Shown one piece after another: positions 12,920 to 25,595 of a stretch of 64,000 nt of DNA. The notes beneath the pieces are model-generated. The model worked only from the letters and a program-made list of their open reading frames with translations. It did no database searches and was not told where the DNA came from. The translations under genes and the position numbers were made by a program. The DNA comes from Lytechinus pictus (lineage: Eukaryota), in NCBI RefSeq assembly GCF_037042905.1, contig NC_087252.1, positions 12,836,001-12,900,000 on the forward strand. The letters run 5' to 3'. Numbering within the stretch: position 1 is the first letter of the stretch; every line of letters begins with the position of its first letter.

Positions 12920-14012
12920 TTAAGAAACTTATTACAAGTAAACAAGACCTCGACCGCCTACCAGGATGAACTGATATAGACTATGTTTATTTTTCACCTT
13001 GTTAGTATAATGTCCTTTCTTGTACTTTGCATATAGCTGAACTTTTTTTTCATTGCAATTCATTTATATATATTGCATATATGTTTATTTGTATTTTGTA
13101 TTTTCATTCTTGATGTAACACAAATCATATTTTTCATAATGTATCTTTCTAAACATGTAGTTTATCTCAGGATAATTTTGATCTTATTACATTGTAGTCT
13201 TTTTACTATTTAATACAGAACAATGATTATATTGATGTATGGAAACGGTTAATCATAATGATAGAACCTCCAGAACATGTATGTGTACCTTGCAATTATG
13301 TAACCAATGTATATTTGACATACTCTTATTTCATGATGTTTCTGATAATGAGTTTATTGATGTAATTTTTTCCTCAACAGAACCAACAAAAAAGTGAACA
13401 ATTCAGTGCATTAACTTTTTTAAGTAATAATGTACATGTTGTAAATAGTAAAAGTGACTCAAATACTGCCAATTCTTGCCATACAAATGATAATGAATTT
13501 ATTCCTGATTCAGTTGACAAATGTGAAAATTATTTAGACAATGAATTACCAAAATAGGCAAGTCAAATATAAATGTTTTAGCTTTATCCACTTTAATTCA
13601 AGGAGCCTTAGTAAAACATTCCGATAACATTAGTGCATATTTAAATAATCTTGATTTCACATTTACAATATATGTTTTTTTATAAACATGGATTAATATT
13701 AATACCCCCATTCTATTTAATAAATATGGTTATACATTCATTCACTCTGACCGTCAATATGGAAGAGTTGGTGGTGTTGGCATGTTAATATTGAACTCTA
13801 TTCATTATAAAGTCAGATATGACATCATGTCCCAATTGAATGATTTTGAATCAATTTTCATTGAAATAGATAATGATAAACACAAACCAGTTATAGTCGG
13901 TGTAGTTTATAGAAAACATCTAACATTAAATCTTTTACTGATGTATTGGATGATTCACTTTTAAGACTTTCAAATGAAAATAAATTGACTTATATCATGG
14001 GTGACTTCAATA

Positions 14013-15487
14013 GGGTCATTCCATCTGGATTCACCCAGTGGTTGCACCCGACCGTCTCAGAATTTGTTGTAAATTGGTACACATAAAATTCACCATGGCC
14101 CACGCACAAAACAAAAAAAATAGTCCAATTGGTCCGTCGGTTCTCGCGCTACGGCCCGCCCTTTTCTCCTTGTTTTGACAAAAATGGGCGTGACCCTCAA
14201 CTTTCAATGGCCACTGCGTCGTAACGTGTTGACCAATTTTCATGAAACAGGTACCATTTATTAGGAAATTCAGAGAGGAATCCAAAACATGCATCAAATA
14301 ATGTATTGGAGCGATTTATAAGGTCATGACCTTTGACCTTTACTTTGACCTTGAGTTTGACCCCCGGACAAATAATTTTTTAACTTGATTTTCGTGTATG
14401 TTAATCATTTGTATGATATTGACAAAATATGTTAAAACCAATGATGATATTTTATGTCTTCACCTTTTAAAACTCTTCCAAAGATACCATGAAATTTCAC
14501 TCTAGTCCCACATACTCATATTCATGTTAGTAAAAGTGTTTACCAGTTACATGATTTCTTCCAATCTTAAGTTACAGTATGCATGCACATGAAAAGAAAT
14601 TAAGCTCATCAGTTCACAAATGAAACATTAAACATTTATGCTCATGAATAGGTATCTGTTTAGGCATTTTGATGTTCAGCAATATATATCATATATTTAT
14701 ATATATTCTTGTTAGTAAAGTGTTTACTTTATCATCAAATTGTTGAGTATATGCCTATTTACTAACAAGAATATATATATATATATATATGTATATATAT
14801 GACATATATTGCTGAACATCAAATTGCCTAAACAGATACCTATTCATGAGCATAAATGTTTAATGTTTCATTTGTGAACTGATGAGCTTAATTTCTTTTC
14901 ATGTGCATGCATACTGTAACTTAAGATTGGAAGAAATCATGTAAATGGTTAACACTTTACTAACATGAATATCAGTATGTAGGACTAGAGTGAAATTTCA
15001 TGGTATCTTTGGAAGAGTTTTAAAAGGTGAATAAATAAAATATCATCATTGATTTTAACATATTTTGTCAATATCATACTAATAATTAACATACATGAAA
15101 ATCAAGTAAAAAAATTATTTGTCCGGGGGTCAAACTCAAGGTCAAAGTAACGGTCAAAGGTCACGACCTTATAAATTGCTCCAATACATTATTTGATGCA
15201 TGTTTTGGATTCCTCTCTGAATTTCCTAATAAATGGTACCTGTTTCATGAAAATTGGTCAACACGTTACGACGCAGTGGCCATTGAAAGTTGAGGGTCAC
15301 GCCCATTTTTGTCAAACAAGGAGAAAAGGGCGGGCCGTAGCGCGAGAACCGACGGACCAATTGGACTAATTTTTTTTGTTTTGTGCGTGGGCCATGGTGA
15401 ATTTTATGTGTACCAATTTACAACGAATTCAGAGAGGGTCGGGTGCAAAATTGCACATTCATTGGGTGAATTGGCATGGAATGACCC
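14013..15487. mobile_element. 1475-bp near-perfect palindromic MITE with 4-bp TSD (Sola-like)
   Basis: GGGTCATTCCAT...ATGGAATGACCC, TSD AATA (14009-14012, 15488-15491). Removing it restores the LINE codons GAC TTC AAT ATT GAT. Confidence 0.85.
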
Positions 15488-16179
15488 AATATTGATAATT
15501 TGAAAATACTCCAAAATGATGTTAGTGATTTCACAAACATGATATTTTCTCATTATTTTTTTACCCCTTATTGATCAACCCAGGAGGGTTACCTAAACTT
15601 CTGCATTCATTAATTGATAATATTTAAACCAATAATATATGTGCGTCTATAATTCCTGGGATTCTTTATTGTGATGCTACCGATCACTTTCCAATATTTC
15701 AAGTAACATATCATCACAAAATTATTCAAAAGATTGATTATTTTACTTATCGTAAAATAAATGACACATTACATGCTTTAAAGGTTGATCTAGTCAACTT
15801 ACAAATTGTTAATGTTGATAATGCTTATAATATTTTCAGTGACACCCTCAAAAATATTTATGACAACAATTTGATAATGACAGTAAAACAAAACTCACAA
15901 TAGATGTACAAACCTTAGTAAACGATGGAATTAGTCAAACTAATACGTAAAAAACATAGGTTATACCAAAAAAATATTGCAAAGATGCTACTATAGCAAA
16001 GATGCTACTATAGCAAACGAAAAATCATATAGAAATATACGTAATATAGTAAACAAACTATTGCTTAAGGCTCGAAAAGATTATTACTACAGTGCGTCCC
16101 ACAAAAAAAGAAACCGAGATTTATCGATGATTTATAATAACTTAATCAACAATACAATATACAAATAACCTACCATTGT

Positions 16180-16434
16180 CAGGGGCGGATCCAGCTTTTT
16201 ATAAAGGGGGGTTGGGGTGGTATGCGAGGGAGCGTAGCGACCGAGTCCAAGCGAGCGGAGCGAGCGAGGGGGGTGTGGAGGGGGGTGTCCCCCCTCCCAC
16301 AGTAGGGAAAATTTTTGAAAATCTGTGTGTGAAAATGGCGTTTTCTAAAAGATAAGATTTAAAAAAATGGTCCCCGGATTTTTTTTTGGGGGGGTTGCAA
16401 CCCCCCCAACCCCCACCCTCTAGATCCGCTTCTG
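16180..16434. mobile_element. short GC-rich hAT-like element with 5-bp TSD
   Basis: CAGGGGCGGATCCAG / CTAGATCCGCTTCTG, ATTGT duplicated (16175-16179, 16435-16439). The empty site cctaccattgtaaagc is present in MITE copy 1. Confidence 0.8.
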
Positions 16435-16779
16435 ATTGTAAAGCTTAGAATCTCCTCTTTCATCTGAAATTACTTAGATTATTTCTCATTCATTCATGAG
16501 TGAGCAAAAACAATTTGAATAGGGGATACCAAAAAGGCATTTGGCGGGCTGTATCTGGGTTTCAAAAGGAAAACCACATTTTTAAAAAGTTCAATATCTG
16601 CTCTTTATTTTGATACCTTAATTGCAGAAAGTGGTCAAGAAATAACAAAGTTCTGGTTATTTGAAATAAGGCTTGAATTCAATAATTTCATAAAATGAAG
16701 AGGTTTTACAGGCTAGCGTTCAAACTCACTCGACACTCGGTTTTGTTGACGATCAGCCATGCATTAAGCCTTTTGTTTA

Positions 16780-19700
16780 AGTAGAAATATATTGAAAATC
16801 ATAAAAATGAGGAATTACATATCAACTTAAAGGGGGAAATAGGAAGAACACGATGGTGTACATCATTTATCATGGAGACCGATGAAACTCACTTAATTGA
16901 TATTTTAAAGTTCTCTCTCTAAATGCTTCAAACACGCTCGATTACGTCCGCGAAATTGGGTTTTTTTATGACGTGTATAAGTGTACGAGAGACGTGATTG
17001 GCTCTCCCACGTCAAGCTCCACTTGCATGCAAAACCTGTTGCGAGGGTACGTTTTCTCCACACTGTCACTGAATACTTCGATCACGAAATGAAAGAAAAC
17101 CCAGAAGTTTATCTAGATTTTGGATTTTCAAATTGATGATTTTGAAGACGAAGAGAATGATGATGCAATTTCTACCTCTAGTGACGTGAATGGAGGTAAA
17201 TTAGGGGAATTACGTCTATGATGATGAGTCGGACAATTCAACTTGCATGCCGATTCGCTACCATAACTCATGCAGCTGCTAGTGCTAGCTGCACGCACGT
17301 AGGCCTACCGCGGGCCAAAATAAATCCATGAACATTCCAGCCTGACCATCCATACAGAGTCTCTTCCCTCTGTCAAGGCTCTAAAGAAGGAAAATAATGA
17401 TATAACAGTACTTACAAACAAGTGAATATATATCCGAATCTGAAGGCAAATCAACTCAACGAATAGCAGCAGACGATATTCACCGACGATAAACTTCACG
17501 TGGTTGGGATAAATTGTCACTCGTTCTGTTAGATATAATTTCTACCTCATTATTTTGACAAAATTACGAAACTCGGGGAATTATTTATCTATATAAAAAT
17601 ATAGGAACACCTCGTACTATTTTTAAACTACGATAAAACCTTTTTTGAAACAAAAAGTTGAGGTAAATTAAAATAAGATGTAAAAGATCATCCCCAACAT
17701 GCGTAGCTCGTATGTGATTGTAAACAAACCATCCAAAATGCCGATTGAGAGCACTGATCTCTCCCTTATCTGGATGGGAACAATAACGCTGATTGGCCTA
17801 TTCCGCGTTGAAGCACAGGAAGTTGGTACCTCCGCACGCCGAGTTCCCCAAAAAAGCCAAAATCGAAGTAGAGTCTGGTTCACGGCAATAGTGTCAATTC
17901 TTAATTATACTTACCAGATCAACTCTTATTACAGCACTTTTCAATGTGAATTTATACCTGATACAAAGTTAAAGATGCCGTTCTGTGCCGCGTATGATTG
18001 CACTAATCGGGACGACCTTGGAAACAGAGAAAAGGGGATTACTTTTCACAGCTAAGACAAGCTGGTGAACTGCATAGTTGTAGACTTTATGTAGTCCCAT
18101 GTGCTCAAATACATGTGTGGTAATTCTAAATTACCAGAGCAAGTTTCTAAAACTTTAAAAATCCAGGGGGGGGGGGGTTATCGATTGTTGTGATTTCTCT
18201 GGAAGCGTGATGAATTCAAACCATGATTCAACTAAATATTCAGTTTATTAATATTCATAACTGTTACCATGTTTTATGAGTTTATCAGTCATGTTTGGAC
18301 AGAAGAATATCACGAGACACGAAAATACTGACCGTGTAGCCTGTATTCTGAAACTTGACCTAAGTGAAGACTGGAAATCTGCCGATTCGGAGGAGTAAAA
18401 AAAAAATATTTTTTTGCGAAGCACAGATCCTGACCGAAGTAGACTGATTTTTCGGTCAAGGACTAGATCTACAATGTATTCTGAAAATTATTTCATCTTT
18501 CATTTGTATTAATTTCCTTGGAATGGACAATAAAATTTACAAGCTAGAGGTACATGTACGGTAGGACTTTAGGAGGCTAATATAACTTGTGGCATGTGAA
18601 TTTGTGATATTTCTCTGTCAACAATAAATCTAATTATTTTTCCCAAGAACTTATTTTTTTTTAAGTACGTAAAAAAGACATTAGGCTACAGAGACGGATT
18701 TACAGACTTCAGAAATTGCACAGAACTTTTGAAATGATGAATGTCTTCAAAGAAAAAAAATGTATCGGTGGAGCAAAAAAAAAGGGGGGGTATCAACCCA
18801 AATTTAGGGAGGGATGCAAAACAAAGAAATAATCTGACAAGCAAAAAACAAGGTTATCAACCAAAATTTAGTAGGCCGGACCACAACAATTTTAGGAGGG
18901 TCCACCTGAATTTAGGGGGGATGCAGGAAACAAAATTGACAAGCAAAAAGTACAAAAAGGTTTTCAACATAAATTTTGGGGGGTCTGTCCCCCAACCTAA
19001 AGTTTAGGGGGGACAGGACCCCCCCCCCCCCCCCCGCTACCTATATGAACAAACTGGGGAGAGGATAAATGAAGAGGGTCGATCGATGTGACGGAGGGAG
19101 AGGGAGAGGGAGACACTCTTAAAGGGCGAGTCCACCTCATGGAAAAGATTATTTGAATAGCGAGAAAAACCACACAATATGCTGAAAATTTAATCAAAAT
19201 CAGAAGTAAAATATGAAAGTTATATTTTAAAGTTTTACTTCAGCGATGAATTTTTCGGTGTTATGCTTGTTTGATTTTTTTGGGGGGTGGACTTAAATAA
19301 AAGGGGTTTTCAAGCCCAGCGTTATAAGCCTGCATAACCTAGAAAGTCCTCGCCCATCCCTAAGATGTTATTTGGCAAACCTCCAAAATACCCCTGGCTA
19401 GACAAGTCAAGGATTTCATCCATTCTTCCTTAGGTGAGAAAAACACCAACTCCTTTAAAATTGTGTTTCCGAAATGTTCTGGGAAAGTACCATGGTTTCA
19501 AGAAAATTGCGAATTCTGGCACCTTAAATATATGAAGTTTTGTATGAAAAGCAATGAGAGCTTCAGTGTGCAGACAGCTAGCGTATCGCTCACAATGCAC
19601 ATGTTAGTGGAGCGATCGCGTTCCTTTTGGGTTAACTGGTATGGCGGACAATAGAACTCGCGGGCTTCAAACAAAGGACCCTCCCCGCATATCCAGTTAG

Positions 19701-20722
19701 TGGAGAGATCAGAGATTGAGAGCTGTGCAACACGTGCACCTACTCTCTCAGCCAAGGCGAGCAAGCAATGTGTGTATGTGAAGGTTTATTTACAATCACA
19801 TACGAGCTACGCATGTTGGGGATGCTCTTTTACATCTAATTCTAATTTACCTAAACTTTTTGCTTCAAAAAGGTTTTATCGTAATTCAAAAATAGTACGA
19901 GGTGTTACTATATTTTATATGGATAAATAATTCCCCGAGTTTCGTAATTTTGTCAAAATAATGAGGTAGAAATTACATCTAACAGAACGAGTGACATTTA
20001 TCCCAACCACGTGAAGTTTATCGTCGGTGAATATCGTCTGCTGCTATTCGTTGAGTTGAGTTGCCTTCCTTAGGATATATTCACTTGTTTGTAAGTACAG
20101 TTATATCATTATTTTCCTTCCTTAGAGCCTTGACAGAGAGAAGACTCTGTGTGGATGGTCAGGCTGGAATTTTCATGGATTTATTTTGGCCCGCGGCAGG
20201 CCTACGTGCGTGCAGCTAGCACTAGCAGCTGCATGAGTTATGGTAGCGAATCGGCATGCAAGTTGAATTGTCCCGACTCATCATCATAGACGTAATTCCC
20301 CTAATTTACCTCCATCCACGTCACTAGAGCTAGAAATTTCATCATCATTCTCTTCATCTTCAAAATCATCAATTTGAAAATCCAAAATCTAGATTAACTT
20401 CTGGGTTTTCTTTCATTTCGTGATCGAAGTATTCAGTGATAGTGTGGAGAAAAACGTACCCTCGCAACAGGTTTTGCGAGTGGAGCTTGCCGTGGGAAAG
20501 CCAATCACGTCTCTCGTACACTTATACACGTCATCAAATTCGAGTCAATTCAGAGACCGATGGGAGGCGTATTTCGGAGAGGCATTTTAGCGCTTTTCAA
20601 TTGGCGATTTCAACCTTATGTATTACTTTCGTTATTTTTGAATGGCCAAATGATAATCTCCACATCATGACCTTTCCACTGATATATAATAAGGCCATAT
20701 TCATAATCAATATATTTATCCT
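16780..20722 (+). mobile_element. Kolobok-like element with a THAP first exon and ~750-bp internal inverted arms
   Basis: Inserted at the MITE central TTAA (left TTTA, right TTAA). TIR AGTAGAAATATATTGA / TCAATATATTTATCCT. Arms ~16968-17730 and ~19782-20535. Confidence 0.8.
17975..18051 (+). pseudogene. THAP zinc-finger exon 1 remnant
   Basis: MPFCAAYDCTNRDDLGNREKGITFH, matching the THAP MPxCxxxxC...FH start. The phase-2 donor reads ctaag instead of gtaag. Confidence 0.75.
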
Positions 20723-22103
20723 TTAACCATGCGATAGCTTCTGTGGGAAACCGGTGAAAACACGTTTATTTAATGAAATTATGGAAATACAAGCATTCTT
20801 TCGAGGGAACATAACTTTTTCACTTCTTAGCCATTTTTTGTGATTAAGGTATCAAATAAAAGAACAGATATCGAACTTTTTAGGTATGTGATTTTCTTTT
20901 AAAATTTCAGATACCCCCGCCAAATGAGTTTTGGTATCCTTTCTTCAAATTGCTTTTGCTCACTCATGCGTGAATGATAAATAATCTAAAGAATATCAGA
21001 TGAAAGAGGGGATTCTAAGTTTTACATTGGTAGGTCATTTGTCTATTGTATTTGTGATTAAGTTATGATAAATCATCGCTTAATATCGGTTTTGTTTTTT
21101 CTGGGACGCACTGTATAACAAATTTCAAGTTAACAAAAATAACCTTAAGAATACCTGGAATATTATAAAAGTCTTAATAGGAAATAAGAATACAACTTTA
21201 CCAACGTATATGATTGTAAATGGTGAAAAATTGAAGATAATAAAGCTATTACAAATTCCTTTAATGATCTTTTTGTGAACCTTGGTAATAAATAACATAT
21301 GTCAATTGAGAATAATTCTTTTGATTTTGAACAATACATGTTGCACATAATACCTGAAAATCACTCTTTTCAAAACCTATTGATGACAATGAAGTGTTAA
21401 ATGTTGCTAAATCTCTTAAATCCTCAAATTTATCTGGTATTGATTATTTGAATGGTAAAGTCAATAAAGCTATTATTTATACTATTGTAACTCCTATCAC
21501 TTATATTTTAAATTAATCTATTACCACAGTAATAGTTCCATCTAAATCAAAATTTGCAATAGTTGTTCCGATTCATAAAAAAATGACATACATAATGTCA
21601 ATGTTGAGAAGTCTAATTATATGTATTTTCATAATAAACAAAAAGCTTTTCCTAATGAATTGAATGAAAATTTTACAGTGAAATTAAAACAATCAGTTTT
21701 AAACAGACTTGAAGTGGTCCAGTTTTTAGGTTGCACTATCGACCAACAAGTTACTTGGATACATTATACACAATCTATCTCATGCAAAATTTCTAAGACC
21801 ACTGGCATTCTTAGTAAATTGTGTCATATTTTACCCCAAACAATAATTATGAAATTATTATATAATACTCTTATCCTACCCCACTTAACTTATTGCAATA
21901 ATGTATTGGGCAACACTTATAGATCACGTTTACAGGGTATTTAAACATTACAAAAGAGAGTCTTAAGAATATGTACCCATGCAGAATTTAGAGCCCCATC
22001 AAAACCCATTTTTATATCTCTTAACGTTTTGAACATATACCAACTCAATAAATATTGCACAATGATTTTACTGTTTAAATATCACTAACAAATCCTTCCA
22101 CAT

Positions 22104-23489
22104 CAGGGTTGCCAACTGGCCTTTTTTCCGGCCAGATTCCCGAAATCTGGCCGTAAAAAAAGTAGCTTGGCCGTGAAAAACAAAATTTCACGGCCAAAGA
22201 AATTTGGCCGTATTCTGGCCGTAAAACAGAAATCTTGGCCGTGAGTTTTCATTTCGGCCTTTTTCATAATCAGATAGAAAAATTGATCAGAAAATCACTT
22301 TAAATAGGTCTATGTCATAGAGATGTAGCGATATTAGTATACATCTCTATGGTCTATATACAAATGCAGTCAGGTCTACGGAGGCATGTGCCACGGCGTG
22401 TACTTTGCATGGATTAAGCCCTGATCTAGCTAACGTATGAAGCTTCATGGATATACAGCATGCATTCTCAAAACGCGAGATTAGTTGCGTGTTGGGGAGG
22501 GGATTCTTATTTTCATTTGGCAACCAGTCACCATCATCATATTTTCGCCATCATATATATTATATTATTAACGTTTGTTTTCTTTAAAAAAAAAAGTAAT
22601 TGAATAAAGTAAAATTCAAATATTTAGTTCTTTTTCCTTTCTTTTTTCTTTTTCTTTTCTACGTCTTTTTTTCTCTCTTCTTTTTTTATTGGATATCTAT
22701 TAGGATTTAAAATCGAGTAGGTGTGTCTCACAATTTAAAATCAGGGCTTTTACTAAAAATATGTGATAAAAATATGCCTACTCGTATGCGGCAAGTAGGA
22801 TGGAGATCGATGACAGAGAAAGAAATGAGGAAAATCACAGCTCCAACAGGGGCGGATCCAGGTTATCTGAAGGCTGTACATGTTTGGTTAGTCATGACCA
22901 TATAAAGATGTAATTGCAAAATAAACAGTGTTTGGCTATATAATGTGATTAAAAGTAATCAAAAGCAGCCCAACTTTACATATTACGTTTTCTATTTTTT
23001 TCTGTTTCTTCTTTCTCAATACATCCTCAACTATAATTTTCTCTCTCTCTCTTTTTTTGTCGTGAGTTTGAAAATCCCCCATGAAGCTTGGCATATGATT
23101 ATTGGCAAAACAAAACAAAACAAAAAAGCTCAATCTTTTAAATGCTCCTCAAATATAGCTGGTATATGAACTAGATCGAAATGCATGGTGCTTTCATCGG
23201 CCGTTTTCCTCGAGTCGATAGTCACCCATGTACTGACTTTGCGAACTATTCTCCGCTTCAGCACCCGTTCCGCACAGTTTACATGAGATCTAACTTTTTT
23301 TAAAGTATGCAGGCTCTATAGGGAAGCACATAGTATAATTAATTGGGTATAGGGGTATGTCTAATTTTTTCCTAATGTAGATAAAATTTGGCCGTGAAAT
23401 TTGGCCGTGAAAAAAAATTGTTTGGCCGAATTTGGCCGCAAAATCTGTTGAGTTTGGCCGTAAAGACTAGCGACGATCTGGCAACCCTG
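22104..23489. mobile_element. non-autonomous hAT element
   Basis: TIR CAGGGTTGCCA / TGGCAACCCTG, TSD TTCCACAT (22096-22103, 23490-23497), many subterminal TTGGCCG motifs at both ends. Confidence 0.92.
22316..22351. mobile_element. 36-bp P-like micro-element
   Basis: 12-bp TIR CATAGAGATGTA / TACATCTCTATG, flanked by GTCTATGT / GTCTATAT (7/8). Confidence 0.7.
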
Positions 23490-24306
23490 TTCCACATGCA
23501 TTAAATAACATGTTTTCTCTTAATAGCAGTATTCACTCTTATAATACAAGAAGTTCTTTTAAAAATCATGTTGGTAAAGTCAATAAAGAGTTCATGTTAC
23601 AATCCATAAGGCACTCAGGCCCATCTTTCTGGAACTCCCTTCCCTCATCCATTCTTGTTTCCCCTTACCTAAAGTATGCGTTAAATCTACTCCTAGGTCA
23701 TTTGCATCACAAGCTCATGCCCTTTCTTATTCTACTTGCCTATCTATACTCTTTTCTTCTCCTCTCTTCTATTTCTTTCCCTTCTCGTAGCCGTTTCTTT
23801 TTTTTTAATTTTTGTTTGCTCATGGTGTTAAAGGTATCCCGATTTCCGACAAAGGCATCTGCTTTCTGGGTTTTTAAGCTTTCTTCCATCTACAATTTAT
23901 GTAGTCATATTGGGGGGGGGGGGTTGATTTTATAAGCAAAGACTATGAGGGGGTGAACGGCTTGGAAATATTTATGATGTTCAGTAATTAATACTGCTGT
24001 AAAAATCGGGGGGGGGTCGTTAACCACTAAACAAATTTCCGAAAAAAAATGAAGTTAGAAGAAAAAAAGAAAAGGCAAAGGAGGAAATTAATTTAAGCAG
24101 CGTTGGATCACGAACTAACGGCACGACAAGATTGTAAAAAGTAGCCCGCAGGCCAGGTAGAATATATCTGAAAATTTTTAAAAATCTTCATTATGAATAA
24201 CGCATATTTAATCCAAGTAAAGTTTTATAGAGCGCCAAATATTTGAATACAAAAATCAATTTATCGTCTTAATTTTTTTCATATCTACTTGAGATGGAAA
24301 TGGAAA

Positions 24307-24478
24307 CACTGTAAAAAATGAAGTGCTAATTTAGCTCTTACAGTGCTTGTATCCATGAAGTGACTGCACTACGAGTGCTGATTTTCTAGTTTAGATTTGA
24401 ACTAGAAAATCAGCACTCGTAGTGCAGTCACTATAAAAACACTGTAAGTGCTAAATTAGCACTTCATGTTTTACAGTA
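24307..24478. mobile_element. ~170-bp palindromic MITE with CACTG end (EnSpm/CMC-like)
   Basis: CACTGTAAAA...TTTTACAGT, near-perfect fold-back centred near 24392. Confidence 0.7.
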
Positions 24479-25149
24479 CACTGGCCATAGTGTGTTCCTT
24501 TTTGAAGGTTCGATATCTCAATTTCACTTTTGAATGTTGTTGTAACGTTAGAGCTGTCACACAGAATCAGTTTGATACATGAATGACGTATTTATGAAAT
24601 ATAAATGTGGAGATATGGCAAGTTACATTTCACCTTCCCCTTAAAAGTTATTGATTTTTTTTGCTATTTTACATTGCTCTTTAAATTCAACGGCAGTAAA
24701 CAAAACGTGATACCACAATCTGAGAATACTATCTACCTAGCAGTGATCTATAGGGTCCATACTAACTACCTATGGTATCAAAACTTTTCTGTGGTTTGGG
24801 TTGTACGAAATCATTTTTCACAGGTCCTTGCTCCCAGACTTTGAGCGGATAGGAGTGGACTTTCCTAAAACCAATACTGCAAAGTGTTGCTGCCCTCTAC
24901 GTTCGTTGGTTATAATATAAAATCCCACAAGCGCACATGACCGTGGACAGCATTGCACATTTAGCCAGCGGGCTATACGCGTATTGCACCTTCATTTTTA
25001 CTGAGCGCAATTAATTAAATCGTATTGTGACGTCACCTCCTAAAGCCGTGCAACGGTACATTTTGGATGGTACGTCGTGTGTGCAACGGTACGAATGTTT
25101 GACATTTAATCTCCCGTTTGCTTGCGTACAACAAGCTAATTAGGCATTG

Positions 25150-25340
25150 CACGATACGTAATAAAAGTGACAACAGCTTTGTTTTTTACCAATAATGCAT
25201 ATAGCATTTGCATTTATTTGAAAGCAGGATAAAATAGCATTAAATGCCTTGCTCACGGGCATAGGTGCCGCGGTCGGGGATCGAACCCCAGACTTTCCAT
25301 ATACAGCCAGGCGTCCTAGACCACTCGGCCACGGCATCTC
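25150..25340 (-). mobile_element. tRNA-derived SINE; 3' end approximate
   Basis: Minus strand has A-box TGGCCGAGTGG and B-box GGTTCGATCCC, followed by the SINE-type body cctatgcccgtgagcaaggcattt. Confidence 0.8.
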
Positions 25341-25358
25341 GCCGCATCCCGCATACTG

Positions 25359-25382
25359 AAGCGGAGACACCAAAGATATAGT
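25359..25382 (+). pseudogene. orphan NACHT-paralog fragment, left part
   Basis: KRRHQRYS vs QRRQQRYH at 42072-42095; continues in frame at 40555 once the P-like element is removed. Confidence 0.7.
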
Positions 25383-25524
25383 CATAGAGTTATATAAACC
25401 TAAACACCAGAGGGCTCACTTGAGAAAATTCATGTTCCGTTGGAGCAACAGTGGATCGGATCGACAGTGCAAAATAGAGCTGCAGTCAGACGATCGACGC
25501 GACGACGACACGAAGAAGGCAACA

Positions 25525-25595
25525 ATGCCAAGCTCTTGTGCCTGCTATGGTTGCTCCAATCGTTGGAAGAGTGGAACGTCTATTTGTTTCCACCG
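25525..25595 (+). CDS. THAP exon 1 within the P-like element
   Basis: ATG...CACCG|gtaaga, MPSSCACYGCSNRWKSGTSICFH(R), 71 nt ending in phase 2. Confidence 0.8.

Larger units (their letters stand above)
16090..21113. mobile_element. Tc1/mariner-type MITE, copy 2, with two nested inserts
   Basis: TA|CAGTGCGTCCCA...TGGGACGCACTG|TA, colinear with 3933-4716 once the inserts are removed. Confidence 0.9.
13225..23900 (+). mobile_element. decayed CR1/L2-type LINE, interrupted three times, RT core deleted; ends approximate
   Basis: APE motifs (VIVGVVYR; MGDFN|ID across the 14013-15487 insert) and C-terminal LYNTLILPHLTYCN, HSYNTRS and SGPSFWNSLP. Sequence jumps from VVPIHKK to the post-RT region near 21600. 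Confidence 0.8.
10098..24841. mobile_element. long-TIR DNA transposon (Academ-like?) hosting a LINE and MITEs
   Basis: Several hundred bp of diverged inverted repeat (~10100-10700 vs ~24100-24840, e.g. ttcgtacaaccc / gggttgtacgaa). TAGTC.../...GACT ends, apparent 3-bp TSD TGA. Confidence 0.6.
6206..24908. mobile_element. P-like non-autonomous element (older outer copy), expanded to 18.7 kb by nested insertions
   Basis: Termini CCACGAACGTAGAGGGCAGCAACAC / GTGTTGCTGCCCTCTACGTTCGTTG, 8-bp TSD GTTATAAT (6198-6205, 24909-24916). Confidence 0.85.
5915..25135. mobile_element. hairpin-headed non-autonomous element (Crypton-like?) split by the 6206-24908 element; ends approximate
   Basis: ~165-bp imperfect hairpin at 5920-6085 centred on ttcaacgaggcgttagccgagttgaa. 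The motif cgttgcac (~6054) recurs inverted as gtgcaacgg at ~25048 and ~25081. Confidence 0.35.
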
